Positions 9,645-19,486 of a DNA stretch of 64,000 bases are shown here, in pieces (the first letter of the stretch is position 1; each line of letters opens with the position of its first letter). The position numbers and the translations under genes were made by a program. The notes under the pieces were generated by a model. It was not told the DNA's origin. It searched no databases and saw only the letters and a list, made by a program, of their open reading frames with translations. This DNA is from an uncultured candidate division Zixibacteria bacterium (lineage in GTDB: Bacteria > Zixibacteria > MSB-5A5 > UBA10806 > 4484-95), in the NCBI GenBank assembly GCA_963668625.2, contig CAXXKA010000010.1:160001-224000 (forward strand). Direction: 5' to 3'.

Positions 9645-11485
9645 AACATATACCTCACCGAGACATTGAAAAACTCCGTTATGTCTTTATCACGATCTTT
9701 CACTTCCCATTCTCGACGGCTGTATTTGAAATCGATATACTCGTTCGGTGACATCTGCCAGACAACCCGTAATGCGATTATATTTTTAGTATCGTGCAAA
9801 CGCTGCTCCCTCACGATATAGTCTTCTTCGATAAGCGAATCTGCTTGTTCGAGAACATGATTGTATTCTCTTTTAAGCTCCCAGCCGTATTCGGGTTCCA
9901 ACTGAAGCTCCTGGATCGGTCTGTAGTCTATTTTCAGGTGAGCATAGTGATAGCGCCTGTCCCAGCCGGTTGCCATCTGCCAGTTATCATCGTCGTAAAT
10001 CAACTTGCCGTAATCCTCGTAACGATAGGCATACGAGGGCATGAAATCGAGATTCTCCGATAACGCGATGGTTAACTTCGTTTCGGTCGAGGCTCGACGG
10101 AAAATCCTGTTGTTGGTCTCGAGTGGGTTAGGATCGTAGTCATAGATTATATAATTAGCTTGAATAGTGAATACCTGGTTGATTCCGAGCCTGCTGTAAG
10201 GCCTGTATTCCATCGAGGCTTGCAGTAAGTAAGTGTCGTTACGATTGTTACTGGCCGAGTTCAAACCGCTAATATATTTTTGATGGAAGCTGCTGTATGC
10301 TCCTCTTATCTCGGAATTGAAATAGTCACTGAATATCCGTTTTATCCGGCCGTTATAGATTTGCGTTTTAACATCGCGATCGTTCTGCTTTTCGCCGTGA
10401 AGACCGAAATATGAGGTCACGCCCAAGATGCCATCGAAAAAGACGGTGTCTGTTGGCGAAAGCCCGGCTATCAGTCCGAACGAAATCTCGCCGCCCTCGT
10501 TCCACTGATCGAGTACGCTGCTACGATAGTCGGCCTCGCCCCGGCTGTATTTATATCCCCCCTGAAGGTCGAACATATCTATAAAGGTTTTCTCGAAATT
10601 CACATCGTAGTTTCTTCCCTGATTGTAATTGTCGGCTTTGGTGAGCGTTGAGGTATTGCCGCCTCGATTGTAGATATACTTTAGCGTGCTGATATCGCCG
10701 GCCGCCCGAAATATCAATTCGTAAGGCAGAGTTATTTTAGCCAATCCCTCGGCGCGCCTATCGATTTTCACCTGCCTGACCACCAGAATCGAGTCAATTC
10801 CATTGGTGCTTGAACTGAGCCGATCGTAGTAGCGAGTGATGCTCTCTACATCCTCGATCCGCCAGGTCAGGCTGTCGTTGGTGTTGAACACCCGGCTGCC
10901 GTCAAAACCGAAATTGAACTCGCTGAACGGGATATTGTTGAGATCGTAGTGCTCGTATGATGCCCGCGAGTTCATATTATTACCCAACACTTTGATTTTT
11001 TTGGTTACGCCCGATATTCCCATGCCCATTCCTCTGTCCTCACCCTCGGGGGAGTCTCCCAGGCGATTGATAGAGCGGTTGGCTATGAATGGCGTGAAAT
11101 CGGCATAGCGCAGCTTTTTAAATGGCAGAGCCAGTTTTATCTCGGCGGTATATACTTTTCTATCCTGAAGAGCGTTGCGTGTGTGGTTTATATAAGGCGC
11201 GGCCGAGAAACCATCAATAATGCGATATTCGGCATTAAACGTGGCGCTCAGTTGTTCCTGCCATCTCTTATAGGGCTTTTTCAATAATAGGGAGCTGGCG
11301 TTAATATTCAAATCGCATTGCATCCTCTGGAAATCGAAATGCTTGCTATAGTTATTTTCCCAATTGTAGGTGTTATTGTTTTGAGAAAAATCGAGCATCA
11401 GTACCGATGGATTGGGATTTTCAGCCAATCCGGGAATAGTAAATATTATGGATATAGAAAGTACCGCAATTACAATGCGCACCAT
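9641..11485 (-). CDS. Outer-membrane beta-barrel protein
   Basis: Signal peptide, alternating amphipathic strands, C-terminal FNVSVRYMF. Confidence 0.7.
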   Translation of the reverse strand: MVRIVIAVLSISIIFTIPGLAENPNPSVLMLDFSQNNNTYNWENNYSKHFDFQRMQCDLNINASSLLLKKPYKRWQEQLSATFNAEYRIIDGFSAAPYINHTRNALQDRKVYTAEIKLALPFKKLRYADFTPFIANRSINRLGDSPEGEDRGMGMGISGVTKKIKVLGNNMNSRASYEHYDLNNIPFSEFNFGFDGSRVFNTNDSLTWRIEDVESITRYYDRLSSSTNGIDSILVVRQVKIDRRAEGLAKITLPYELIFRAAGDISTLKYIYNRGGNTSTLTKADNYNQGRNYDVNFEKTFIDMFDLQGGYKYSRGEADYRSSVLDQWNEGGEISFGLIAGLSPTDTVFFDGILGVTSYFGLHGEKQNDRDVKTQIYNGRIKRIFSDYFNSEIRGAYSSFHQKYISGLNSASNNRNDTYLLQASMEYRPYSRLGINQVFTIQANYIIYDYDPNPLETNNRIFRRASTETKLTIALSENLDFMPSYAYRYEDYGKLIYDDDNWQMATGWDRRYHYAHLKIDYRPIQELQLEPEYGWELKREYNHVLEQADSLIEEDYIVREQRLHDTKNIIALRVVWQMSPNEYIDFKYSRREWEVKDRDKDITEFFNVSVRYMF

Positions 11486-12255
11486 AACCCGTACAGCTCC
11501 ATGTACTCATCAAAGCTTAATTGCTCTGCTCGTATATCGATCATATGACCGGCTCTTTCGATCAAGCCCTCACATACATCTTTCGGTATATTCAGCCCGA
11601 TCTGCATCGAGTTGGCCAGGGTTTTTCTTTTTTGTCTAAAACAACCCCGGATGAATGTTTTGAAGTTCTCCAAATCATCGAAATTACCGTCAATAGGAAG
11701 GAGTTTTATCACGGAGGATTCCACTTTTGGTTCGGGTCTGAATGCTTTGGGAGAGATATTGAACAGATGGGAGGTGTCGAATCCGGCTTTCATTATCACA
11801 CTGAACGAGCCGTAATCGCGGCTGCCCGGATAGGCAATCAGGCGGTTGGCCACCTCTGTTTGGACCGTGAACACCGCCAGTGTAACCATGCTCTCGAACT
11901 CGTAAAGCTTCTCTATCAGCGCGGTCGAGATATTATACGGTAAATTGCCTATAATCTTGGCTTTATCCGGCAGATCACCGGCGGTTATTTTCATGACATC
12001 CCGGGAGACTATTTTCAGATTTTTATCACCACCGAAATTAGCCTCCAGCATAGGCACCAAATCACGGTCGAACTCGACCGCCGTTACGTTGCATTCGCGC
12101 TCGAGCAGGTATCGGGTAAGGGCGCCCATGCCGGCGCCTATTTCAACGACATTTTCTCCCGGATGAGGATCGATTGCCTCGACTATTTTAGCGGCGATGT
12201 TTTCCTTGACCAGGAAATTCTGCCCCAGTCGTTTCTTGGGTCTATACGGCGACAT
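11470..12255 (-). CDS. rsmA: 16S rRNA (A1518/A1519) dimethyltransferase
   Basis: KKRLGQNFL, VEIGAGMGALT, NLPYNIS, F.P.PKVES, RKTL.N motifs. Confidence 0.97.
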   Translation of the reverse strand: MSPYRPKKRLGQNFLVKENIAAKIVEAIDPHPGENVVEIGAGMGALTRYLLERECNVTAVEFDRDLVPMLEANFGGDKNLKIVSRDVMKITAGDLPDKAKIIGNLPYNISTALIEKLYEFESMVTLAVFTVQTEVANRLIAYPGSRDYGSFSVIMKAGFDTSHLFNISPKAFRPEPKVESSVIKLLPIDGNFDDLENFKTFIRGCFRQKRKTLANSMQIGLNIPKDVCEGLIERAGHMIDIRAEQLSFDEYMELYGLWCAL

Positions 12256-13597
12256 ACTTTCTTATCCTTAAAGCGATTCCCATGCTATCGGCTATCTTGC
12301 GACATTTGCCAATATCGATCCGAGGGATATCCACCACGCTGAATGTAGTGGCAATACCGTTGTCTTTACATCCCGAGGCGAATTTAAGCATCTCATCATA
12401 GGCTTTCGCGCCGAACTGCGGTCGACATATTTCAGTGTAGACCTCGGCGTTTTCGGCATTCAAGCTGATACTCACCGAATCTATCAGGCCACTCAATTTC
12501 GCAGGCAGATCGGTTTTGTTAATCAGGCTACCCTGGCCGTTGGTGTCGAGACGAATCGGTATGTTCTTGGCTTTCAGTTTATCGGCGATGGAGATCATGA
12601 TATCAGCGCGAAGGGTCGGTTCACCCAGTCCGCAGAAAACTATCTCATCGTAACTATCATGGCTTTCTATCTGTTTTAGTATCGTCTCCTCATCCGGGTC
12701 GCTGTTTAGCAGAAGATTATGCCCGGCCACATGATGCCCTTTATGTTTGACACAGAAATAGCAGTTATTGGTGCATCTCATGGTGAGGTTTATATACAGG
12801 CTCTCCCCGATCGTATAGACTACCTCAGGAGTATCATCCAGGGGAAGTCCGAACATTCCGGCGGCGTTTTTTTCCGTGATCCGTTCGATATCCTCGTAAG
12901 TATAGCGGGGGAATACCTCTGTTAATTTCTCGATCACGTATTTGATATAGTCAGGTTGATTACGTTTGCCCCGGTAATTTTGGGGGGGGAGGTAAGGACA
13001 GTCGGTTTCGGTTACTATTTTCGATAACGGTATTTTTGCGGCAACCTCGGGTCGGTTCGATTTCGGATAAGTGATTGGCCCGCCGAACGCGATATAGTAG
13101 CCCATCTCTATTCCCTCGGCGGCGTAATTCTTGTCACCGGGGAATGCGTGAAGTACTCCCGCGTGATTGTTTCTTTTGCGCAGTATATCGTAAGCTTCAT
13201 CCATAGCCTGGCGGATATGTAACACTACCGGCTTGCCAAGCTCATCGGCTAAATCAAGCTGTCTCTCGAATACCTCTAGCTGAATATCATGGGGCGAGTG
13301 ATCGCGGTAATAGTCCAGGCCGATCTCGCCGATTGCCACTACTTTGGGATGCCCGGCCAGTTTTCTGATACGATCGTAGATATCATCGGTGAAATCTTTG
13401 GAATCATGCGGATGATAACCGACAGTCGCGTATATATAATCATATTTCTCAGCCAGTTCGATAGAGGCTTCAGAGGTCTCCAGGTCAACGCCGATATTCA
13501 CGATGTGCTTGACGCCGTTGCTATGGCAGGATTTAATCAAACTGTCTCTATCGTCATTGAAATTTGGAAAATCGAGATGAGCATGCGTATCGATCAT
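12242..13597 (-). CDS. tatD: TatD-family nuclease fused to TatD-associated radical SAM domain
   Basis: MIDTHAHL, GYHPH, GEIGLDY, ETDCPY, then LYINLTMRCTNNCYFC (CxxxCxxC) and VFCGLGEPT. Start moved to ATG 13597 after GGAGG. Confidence 0.93.
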   Translation of the reverse strand: MIDTHAHLDFPNFNDDRDSLIKSCHSNGVKHIVNIGVDLETSEASIELAEKYDYIYATVGYHPHDSKDFTDDIYDRIRKLAGHPKVVAIGEIGLDYYRDHSPHDIQLEVFERQLDLADELGKPVVLHIRQAMDEAYDILRKRNNHAGVLHAFPGDKNYAAEGIEMGYYIAFGGPITYPKSNRPEVAAKIPLSKIVTETDCPYLPPQNYRGKRNQPDYIKYVIEKLTEVFPRYTYEDIERITEKNAAGMFGLPLDDTPEVVYTIGESLYINLTMRCTNNCYFCVKHKGHHVAGHNLLLNSDPDEETILKQIESHDSYDEIVFCGLGEPTLRADIMISIADKLKAKNIPIRLDTNGQGSLINKTDLPAKLSGLIDSVSISLNAENAEVYTEICRPQFGAKAYDEMLKFASGCKDNGIATTFSVVDIPRIDIGKCRKIADSMGIALRIRKYVAV

Positions 13598-13815
13598 GTA
13601 TCCTCCTTGCCCGATCAATATAACTTTTCTATGTGAAAGATCAAAACCATTTAGGATATTGAGGTACTAATAGTTGAGCTCAGTCAATACATTGTCTCCA
13701 TCAGGTTGATAATATCTGCCGGTTTACCGCGATGTTAATATGTTTGAACTTTGGGTTTATTTTTGATGTTTAATATAGCAGACAAGGTTAAATTTCATTA
13801 TATTGAGGTCAAGCT

Positions 13816-13947
13816 TTGATAACCGAATACGAGAATTATAAAGAGGCAGACCAGCTATGCGACCTCTGCGGCAACCCGATGGTGCAATGGCAATGTGAGC
13901 TAATGTGCCGTAACTGCGGCTACCGACGAGACTGTACCGATAGCTGA
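13816..13947 (+). CDS. Small zinc-finger microprotein (43 aa)
   Basis: GAGG SD then TTG. MITEYENYKEADQLCDLCGNPMVQWQCELMCRNCGYRRDCTDS* carries CxxCG...C...CxxCGY..DC. Below the ORF-track length cut-off. Confidence 0.75.
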   Translation: MITEYENYKEADQLCDLCGNPMVQWQCELMCRNCGYRRDCTDS

Positions 13948-13968
13948 GCCCGGTTCGCTTAAAAGATT

Positions 13969-14034
13969 CCTTCGTTGGTGGCAATACGTATGGCTGAGTT
14001 TCGCCACCCGGCAAATCGTTCTCACCGGTGAAGG
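13969..14034 (+). ncRNA. Putative structured RNA element downstream of the zinc-finger gene
   Basis: 12-bp stem CCTTCGTTGGTG (13969-80) / CACCGGTGAAGG (14023-34) with G-U pairs. Family not recognised. Confidence 0.3.
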
Positions 14035-14046
14035 TTCTCCCAAGGG

Positions 14047-14079
14047 GGGCGTGGATTAATGTTCACGCCCTATTTTTTT
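14047..14079 (+). terminator. Intrinsic terminator
   Basis: GGGCGTG...CACGCCC stem followed by a T7 run. Confidence 0.75.
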
Positions 14080-14132
14080 CAGTTTATAAATAAATAACTT
14101 ATTGCTGATCACTACTGTCCGGTCTTTTCATC

Positions 14133-14429
14133 TCGTTGCGAAGCGCTGTTTCGCAACGTGGCTTGTTTGCCGGCAGAATGCGCATTCTACATGATTCAAG
14201 AAGGTTTCCAAGCAGCGCTTGGAAACCAGAAAACCAAGCCTAACATCGGCAGGATATGTCAGGATGAATGATACGCTGAATAAAATAATTATATCGGAAA
14301 ATATTTTTCATTAACAATTCCAAGGAGAAATTTAAAATTTAACGAAAAACACCGGACACTAGTGATTGCTGATAGTTACTAACTTTCCATGGCAGTCATT
14401 GCGAGGTAGCAAAGCGGACGAAGCAATCT
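14133..14429. repeat. Cluster of REP-like palindromes
   Basis: CGTTGCGAAGCGCTGTTTCGCAACG, GGTTTCCAAGCAGCGCTTGGAAACC (related copy near 53198) and GTCATTGCGAGG...GACGAAGCAATC. Confidence 0.6.
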
Positions 14430-14560
14430 TTCTGTTTATGGGATAACTCCTTCTAGCTGCAGTCGGTTTTAAGATATCAAAGCCGTTTTCACGTAAGTAT
14501 CAAAAACAGTTGCCCAATAATCTCAATCATAGTATCTATCGATAAAAAAAGGAGCCAACT

Positions 14561-15730
14561 CTGGATCAGGCTTTAGTCAACAGCTCTGTCGGGATATTAT
14601 TCATACTCGCCGGCAACTGCGCCTTGTGGTTCTATCTCGAAAAAAGCACTAAATGGAAATTGTTCAATTTCCTGCCACCGCTGGTATTTATCTACGCTGT
14701 CCCCGCTATATTTTCCAACACCGGACTGATTCCCGGCAAATCAGCCGTATACGACTGGATGGGAGCGAATCTGCTGCCTATCATTTTAACATTGCTTCTT
14801 CTGGATGTCGACGTACGAGCTACCGTTAAGGTGATGGGCAAGGGTGTATTCGTTATGCTATTAGGCTCCCTGGGCGTAGTTATCGGAGCGCCCATCGGTT
14901 ATTTTATCGTGAAAGGCTGGCTCGAGCCCGATGCCTGGAAAGGATTCGGCGCGCTGGCCGGTTCCTGGATCGGTGGAACCGGCAATATGGCGGCTGTATC
15001 CGAGGGATTGCATACCTCCGGTACCTCATTCGGTCTGGCGGTTATCGCCGATAACCTGGTATATCTAATCTGGTTGCCGATTCTCTTACAATCGAAAAAT
15101 CTGGCTAAATATTTCAATCGTTTTACGAGAGTTGATGATTCTCGTCTAGAAAGAATCAACAAAGCCTCTTCCGAGCTTGCCACGAAAAAAGGCAAATCCC
15201 GGATGAGGCATCTACTGTATTTGATAACTCTCGGCTCGGGCGTTGCTTATTTATCTTCTTTGATCGCCGGATATATCCCCGAAGCGCCACCGATACTTTC
15301 AACGAGCACGTATAAAATATTAATCGTTACCACGCTGGGTATCAGCCTGTCGTTCTCCCCGATGCGAAGAATCCCCGGTTCCTCCGAACTGGCGATGGCC
15401 TTACTGTATTTATTCGTTGCCAGGATGGGAGCTAAAGCGATCGTAAGCGGCCTGGCCGGACAAGCGGTTCCGTTCGTGGCAGGCGCTTATATTTGGATAT
15501 TCATACATGGCTTTTTCATACTAATCGCCGCCCGCATATTCAAAATCGATATTCACACCGCCGCTATATCTAGCGCGGCCAATATAGGCGGCGCGGCCTC
15601 CTCTCCCATCGTAGCGGCGTATCATGATGAGCGCCTGGTGCCGGTGAGCATCCTGATGGCTTTGGTAGGATATGCCGTAGGAACTTACGCGGCATTTTTA
15701 GCCGCCTGGCTGTGCAGCCTGGTGGCCTGA
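14561..15730 (+). CDS. DUF819-family membrane protein
   Basis: Multi-pass; GSWIGGTGNMAAV and SAANIGGAASSPIVA motifs. AAGGAG SD precedes an in-frame CTG at 14561 (track starts at 14624). Confidence 0.85.
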   Translation: MDQALVNSSVGILFILAGNCALWFYLEKSTKWKLFNFLPPLVFIYAVPAIFSNTGLIPGKSAVYDWMGANLLPIILTLLLLDVDVRATVKVMGKGVFVMLLGSLGVVIGAPIGYFIVKGWLEPDAWKGFGALAGSWIGGTGNMAAVSEGLHTSGTSFGLAVIADNLVYLIWLPILLQSKNLAKYFNRFTRVDDSRLERINKASSELATKKGKSRMRHLLYLITLGSGVAYLSSLIAGYIPEAPPILSTSTYKILIVTTLGISLSFSPMRRIPGSSELAMALLYLFVARMGAKAIVSGLAGQAVPFVAGAYIWIFIHGFFILIAARIFKIDIHTAAISSAANIGGAASSPIVAAYHDERLVPVSILMALVGYAVGTYAAFLAAWLCSLVA

Positions 15731-15812
15731 TAGATAGTGAACCTCAGTTAAAAAGCTAAACTGATACTATTCTAATAAGTATATGGATTTATTCAGAGTA
15801 ATCGAATATCAA

Positions 15813-16190
15813 TTAAAACGAACGAGCCAGCCCTACTCCGGCGAAAAGCGCCGCCAACCCCAGACCGTTCTGGATAAGGATATTTGCCATCGCCTGCATC
15901 CAGGCCGCCGATCTTGCCAACTCACCGGTTTCCAGGATAAACGCCGAAAACGTGGTGAATGCTCCCATGAATCCAACCAGTATGATCAAACGGGTTTGCC
16001 CCGAAACCGGCCACCGGTTTTCGAATAACACCCATAGCAAGCCAACCACGAAACATCCGAAAATATTGACCGCGAATGTACCCCAGGGGAAAGTGATACC
16101 ATCTATTTTGTTAATCAACGCGGATAAGCTGTAACGAGCAAGAGTGCCCATCGCCCCGGCTATCGCCAACAGTAGCATTTTTTGTATCAA
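15813..16190 (-). CDS. crcB: Fluoride efflux channel Fluc/CrcB
   Basis: GTLARY, PWGTFAVNIFGCF, GFMGAFTTFSAF. Confidence 0.95.
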   Translation of the reverse strand: MIQKMLLLAIAGAMGTLARYSLSALINKIDGITFPWGTFAVNIFGCFVVGLLWVLFENRWPVSGQTRLIILVGFMGAFTTFSAFILETGELARSAAWMQAMANILIQNGLGLAALFAGVGLARSF

Positions 16191-16316
16191 CTCGGATGTC
16201 CTCTCTTATTACTGCTTGAGCGTTAGCCCAGGCTATTTTCGATAACTGGGAATTTATGAATTAGCCGGTCATTGGCAAGTAAAATTATCATCCCAGAATG
16301 TTAAAGACTGAATTTA

Positions 16317-16709
16317 TTACACGGCAGTTTCAGGATTAGTTTGAACGGAGGCTCTGCTTTTCTTTTTCTGTTCTATCATATAAACTAAAAAACGGCGATA
16401 CGGCGCGTGATAACATTCTGATTCGCAACCGGTTAACTGCTCAACATGAATACATCTACTACCGCAACCGTGTTCCTCGTACTCGCTTTTTTGCGGTAAT
16501 TTTTCCTGAATGAAATCGTCGAACAATTTGACATCCATAATAAAACTGGTGCCACATTCGGGTGTATTATGCTGAAAACAGTAAAACGAGTTAACCTCCT
16601 CCCGGCCATACAACATACCGATTATTTGGATATCAGGATCATGTATGATATCCTGGGCGGTTAGTTTCATCTTACACAGGTTACATTCTTTAATGAATTC
16701 ATTACTCAT
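16317..16709 (-). CDS. Cys-rich putative metal-binding protein (paralog of 17588-17974)
   Basis: CxxC...FQH...C.TS...CxxxC...CxxxC..APYR. Confidence 0.8.
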   Translation of the reverse strand: MSNEFIKECNLCKMKLTAQDIIHDPDIQIIGMLYGREEVNSFYCFQHNTPECGTSFIMDVKLFDDFIQEKLPQKSEYEEHGCGSRCIHVEQLTGCESECYHAPYRRFLVYMIEQKKKSRASVQTNPETAV

Positions 16710-16739
16710 TGCTTTTCCTTTATATTACATTAATACAAT

Positions 16740-16766
16740 ATATCGGTATTCAGAATAAAAGAGTAA
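16740..16766 (-). promoter_or_regulatory. Sigma28-like promoter
   Basis: Minus strand TTAC-N15-ACCGATAT, about 30 nt upstream of ATG 16709. Confidence 0.4.
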
Positions 16767-16884
16767 GCGATGTATATTATTTTAAAACGACGGTGAACGA
16801 TATTGAGACGCATTTTCATTAAATAAACTTATAGTATTGAATAATAAACCATAATGTTATAGATATCATAGAAAAGAAAGGAAT

Positions 16885-17556
16885 GTGATGGCTGAATACG
16901 AATATACCGAACGGATGGTGTTAAACTGGGCCGAGAAATGCTACAGCGAATGGAACGCCGATTTTGCGTTTAACTCATCCGATACGGCGCTTCTGGTAAT
17001 AGATATTCAGGATGAATTCGTCAAACCCGGAATGACTCCATATTGGGCGCCACAGGCAACCAAGATAGTACCGGATATTAATGAACTTATCTCGTTTTGC
17101 CGTAAGGTGGAGATTCCGATTATTCATACGTTATTTACTAAAACGCATAATTATAAAGATCGTCCCCGAAGTGGCCGCTATATGCCCAATCGCTACCGCA
17201 ATCTCGATATCGATCAGTCGGGATTTTTCGTTGATAGTAAATTATACGATGAACTCGACTACCGCGAGGATGATATCCTCATTCGCAAGCCCTCTTACGG
17301 CGCTTTTTACGACACCCCACTCGAGACGGTGTTGAAAAATTATAATCGGGATACGGTGATAATAAGCGGCTGCCTGACAAACTACTGTTGCGGCACGACA
17401 GCCCGTCAGGCGTACGAGCGTGGCTATAAGGTCGTGTTCGGCTCGGATATCACCGCTACTGATTTACCCGAAATGCACGAGAACGAGTTGAAAGTGCTTC
17501 GCAAGGGATTCGCTCGTATTATGTGTAAAGATGATATAATCGAAGCGTTGAGTTAA
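16885..17556 (+). CDS. Isochorismatase-family cysteine hydrolase
   Basis: ALLVIDIQDEF, RKPSYGAFYDT.L, GCLTNYCCGTTARQAYERGY (D-K-C triad). Confidence 0.92.
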   Translation: MMAEYEYTERMVLNWAEKCYSEWNADFAFNSSDTALLVIDIQDEFVKPGMTPYWAPQATKIVPDINELISFCRKVEIPIIHTLFTKTHNYKDRPRSGRYMPNRYRNLDIDQSGFFVDSKLYDELDYREDDILIRKPSYGAFYDTPLETVLKNYNRDTVIISGCLTNYCCGTTARQAYERGYKVVFGSDITATDLPEMHENELKVLRKGFARIMCKDDIIEALS

Positions 17557-17587
17557 GCATCGAGCTTAATATTATCAGGAAAGTTGT

Positions 17588-17974
17588 CTACACTCTGGTT
17601 TTTGTTTTGGTTGCTTCCTTGGCTAAATCTTTTTGTGAGAGAACGAATTGCAGAAATTTCCTGAATGGCGCCTGCCTGCAATTTATATTGCAAATGCTTA
17701 AATCCTCTATATTCGTACAACGCTTTTCGCAAAGTTCTGTTTTGTGCTGGCTTACCACCGGGATGTAATCCTTTATCAGATGCTTGAACACTTCAGCGTC
17801 GATTATAAAACTGGTTTCGCAGTCGGGGATATCATGATGAAAAAAGTAATATGCTTTTTCGAGCTTTTCGATAAATGTCATACCGATTATCTTCAAGTCC
17901 GGATTGTAGATGAGATCATCAATTGTGAAGTTTCGTTTGCAAAGATCACAGGTTTTAACAATTTTATTATCCAT
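17588..17974 (-). CDS. Cys-rich putative metal-binding protein (paralog of 16317-16709)
   Basis: Same 7-Cys plus His pattern. Confidence 0.8.
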   Translation of the reverse strand: MDNKIVKTCDLCKRNFTIDDLIYNPDLKIIGMTFIEKLEKAYYFFHHDIPDCETSFIIDAEVFKHLIKDYIPVVSQHKTELCEKRCTNIEDLSICNINCRQAPFRKFLQFVLSQKDLAKEATKTKTRV

Positions 17975-18116
17975 TATATCCCCATATTTATAATATTAAT
18001 AGTATCGGTATCGACAAACTCGCTTCCAAAAATATATGCGATTGTTACAATTGATACTCAACATCAAGATGAACGGGGATGATATGGAATGTTTTAACTA
18101 TAGGTATGACTTTCGC

Positions 18117-19031
18117 TTAAGTCATATCAGTCTGTACCTGCGCTGAGAGTTTGTATTTGATGACCGCGTTTACGGCATCACAAACACGGTCTATGAATAT
18201 GCTGAGAAGCATCATGTAGAATAGCGAAAACAACATACCGATATATGGTATGGCCTGTATAACCGCGAATATACACAATGCTCTCACGAACCCCTCGGGC
18301 ATCTCGGTGGCGCTGATATTTCTTTCGTTTATATAGCGATTGAAATCCTCCGACCAACCCAGGAACGATTGAAATATCCAGTAGAAATTGTAGAACGGAA
18401 TGAACAGGTACCCCACTCCTTTGCCGGGCGTGGTGCGAGGTGCGCCATCCTGTATCGTGTTCCACATGGTGTGCACCAACATGGCAAAAATGACAATGCC
18501 GTAAGCGGCGATCAGAAAGCCGATGAGCCAGAAAACTACGGCCTCCTCCTCATCATTATCCATGACCAGCACTATGGCGATAACGAAAAAGATAATACTA
18601 ACGGTTGATGAGCCGAGTATAGAACCAAGATAGAATGGTTTTGAAAGTATCCTGGGCATACCCGGTACGTAATCGGCCCTACCCGGTTGCTGATAGCCTG
18701 CCGCGCCGGGCTCTTTTAGTGTTGGCGGTTTCAGTATGTTCTGCGGTTTAAGCGAGGGTAACTCGGCTGTCATAGCTATGGCCGGCATGATATACAGGGC
18801 ATAGAGAATAAAGCAGTAAGCCGCTAGAAATAGCAGGTCGAAAAAGACTCGCGCCCTGTACCATTCGACACCCAGATCCCATAACAGGCGTTGAAGCATA
18901 GGGATCAAAAATAAAGCCGCGAAACCGATGCCGCCGAATATCCCAACATGGGTATTGCGATATCTGTAAAATACTAATATACCGCAGGCGAGTATGGCAA
19001 GCTGGTTTAAGAAGAAAACAAAATCCGACAT
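18117..19031 (-). CDS. Membrane protein with DUF4328-like C-terminal domain
   Basis: TTPGKGVGYLFIPFYNFYW motif; several TM segments. Confidence 0.65.
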   Translation of the reverse strand: MSDFVFFLNQLAILACGILVFYRYRNTHVGIFGGIGFAALFLIPMLQRLLWDLGVEWYRARVFFDLLFLAAYCFILYALYIMPAIAMTAELPSLKPQNILKPPTLKEPGAAGYQQPGRADYVPGMPRILSKPFYLGSILGSSTVSIIFFVIAIVLVMDNDEEEAVVFWLIGFLIAAYGIVIFAMLVHTMWNTIQDGAPRTTPGKGVGYLFIPFYNFYWIFQSFLGWSEDFNRYINERNISATEMPEGFVRALCIFAVIQAIPYIGMLFSLFYMMLLSIFIDRVCDAVNAVIKYKLSAQVQTDMT

Positions 19032-19440
19032 GGTTCGTACTCCTGTGAATTATTTAAATCCGGAACTTTAAAGGTTAATGTTAAAACATCAATGCCCGGT
19101 GAATTTGAGAGTATATTCGTAATGTCATCCGAATAAGCGAGCTGTTTACAAAGATGATATCGGAACGCGTCAAGTATATTATGCCTCATGCGATTTGGCA
19201 ACAGGAAAAATGTTATAATGTTCGGCTATCAGGTTTATACATCGTTCATTGATACTGATATGATTTCCTGGTTTTAAAGCGTTTGAGGTAAACAGAGGTT
19301 TCGGCCCGTGAGAGATGATTATACGCCGAGGTCATCCTACGGTATTTACCATGATTTCATCGCCGAGCTATCCGCGCCGTAGACCGGCCTAAAAGTGTAA
19401 GCTTTTTATACTGTCGTAGATTTGCATGAAAGCGCAGATT

Positions 19441-19470
19441 TGTCATCCCGGACTTTATCCGGGATCCAGG
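19441..19470. repeat. REP-like palindrome (GTCAT family)
   Basis: TGTCATCCCGGACTTTATCCGGGATCCAG; relatives at 23455, about 30282-30317 (inverted) and 62379. Confidence 0.7.
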
Positions 19471-19486
19471 GGAGGAGTGATTCGTT

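Noticed and set aside
13945-13962. Selenocysteine read-through of the zinc-finger TGA
   Set aside because: It would add only four residues before TAA, the TGA is not in a redox motif, and no SECIS-like hairpin follows at the expected spacing.
13757-14014. 85-aa minus-strand ORF
   Set aside because: Antisense to the better-supported zinc-finger ORF; no motif.
16190-16316. Fluoride riboswitch upstream of crcB
   Set aside because: No GGCGATGG..TTCGCC / GCTGATGAC pattern seen.
19260-19400. Possible gene remnant in the intergenic region
   Set aside because: Short GC-richer patch with stops and no recognisable homology by eye.
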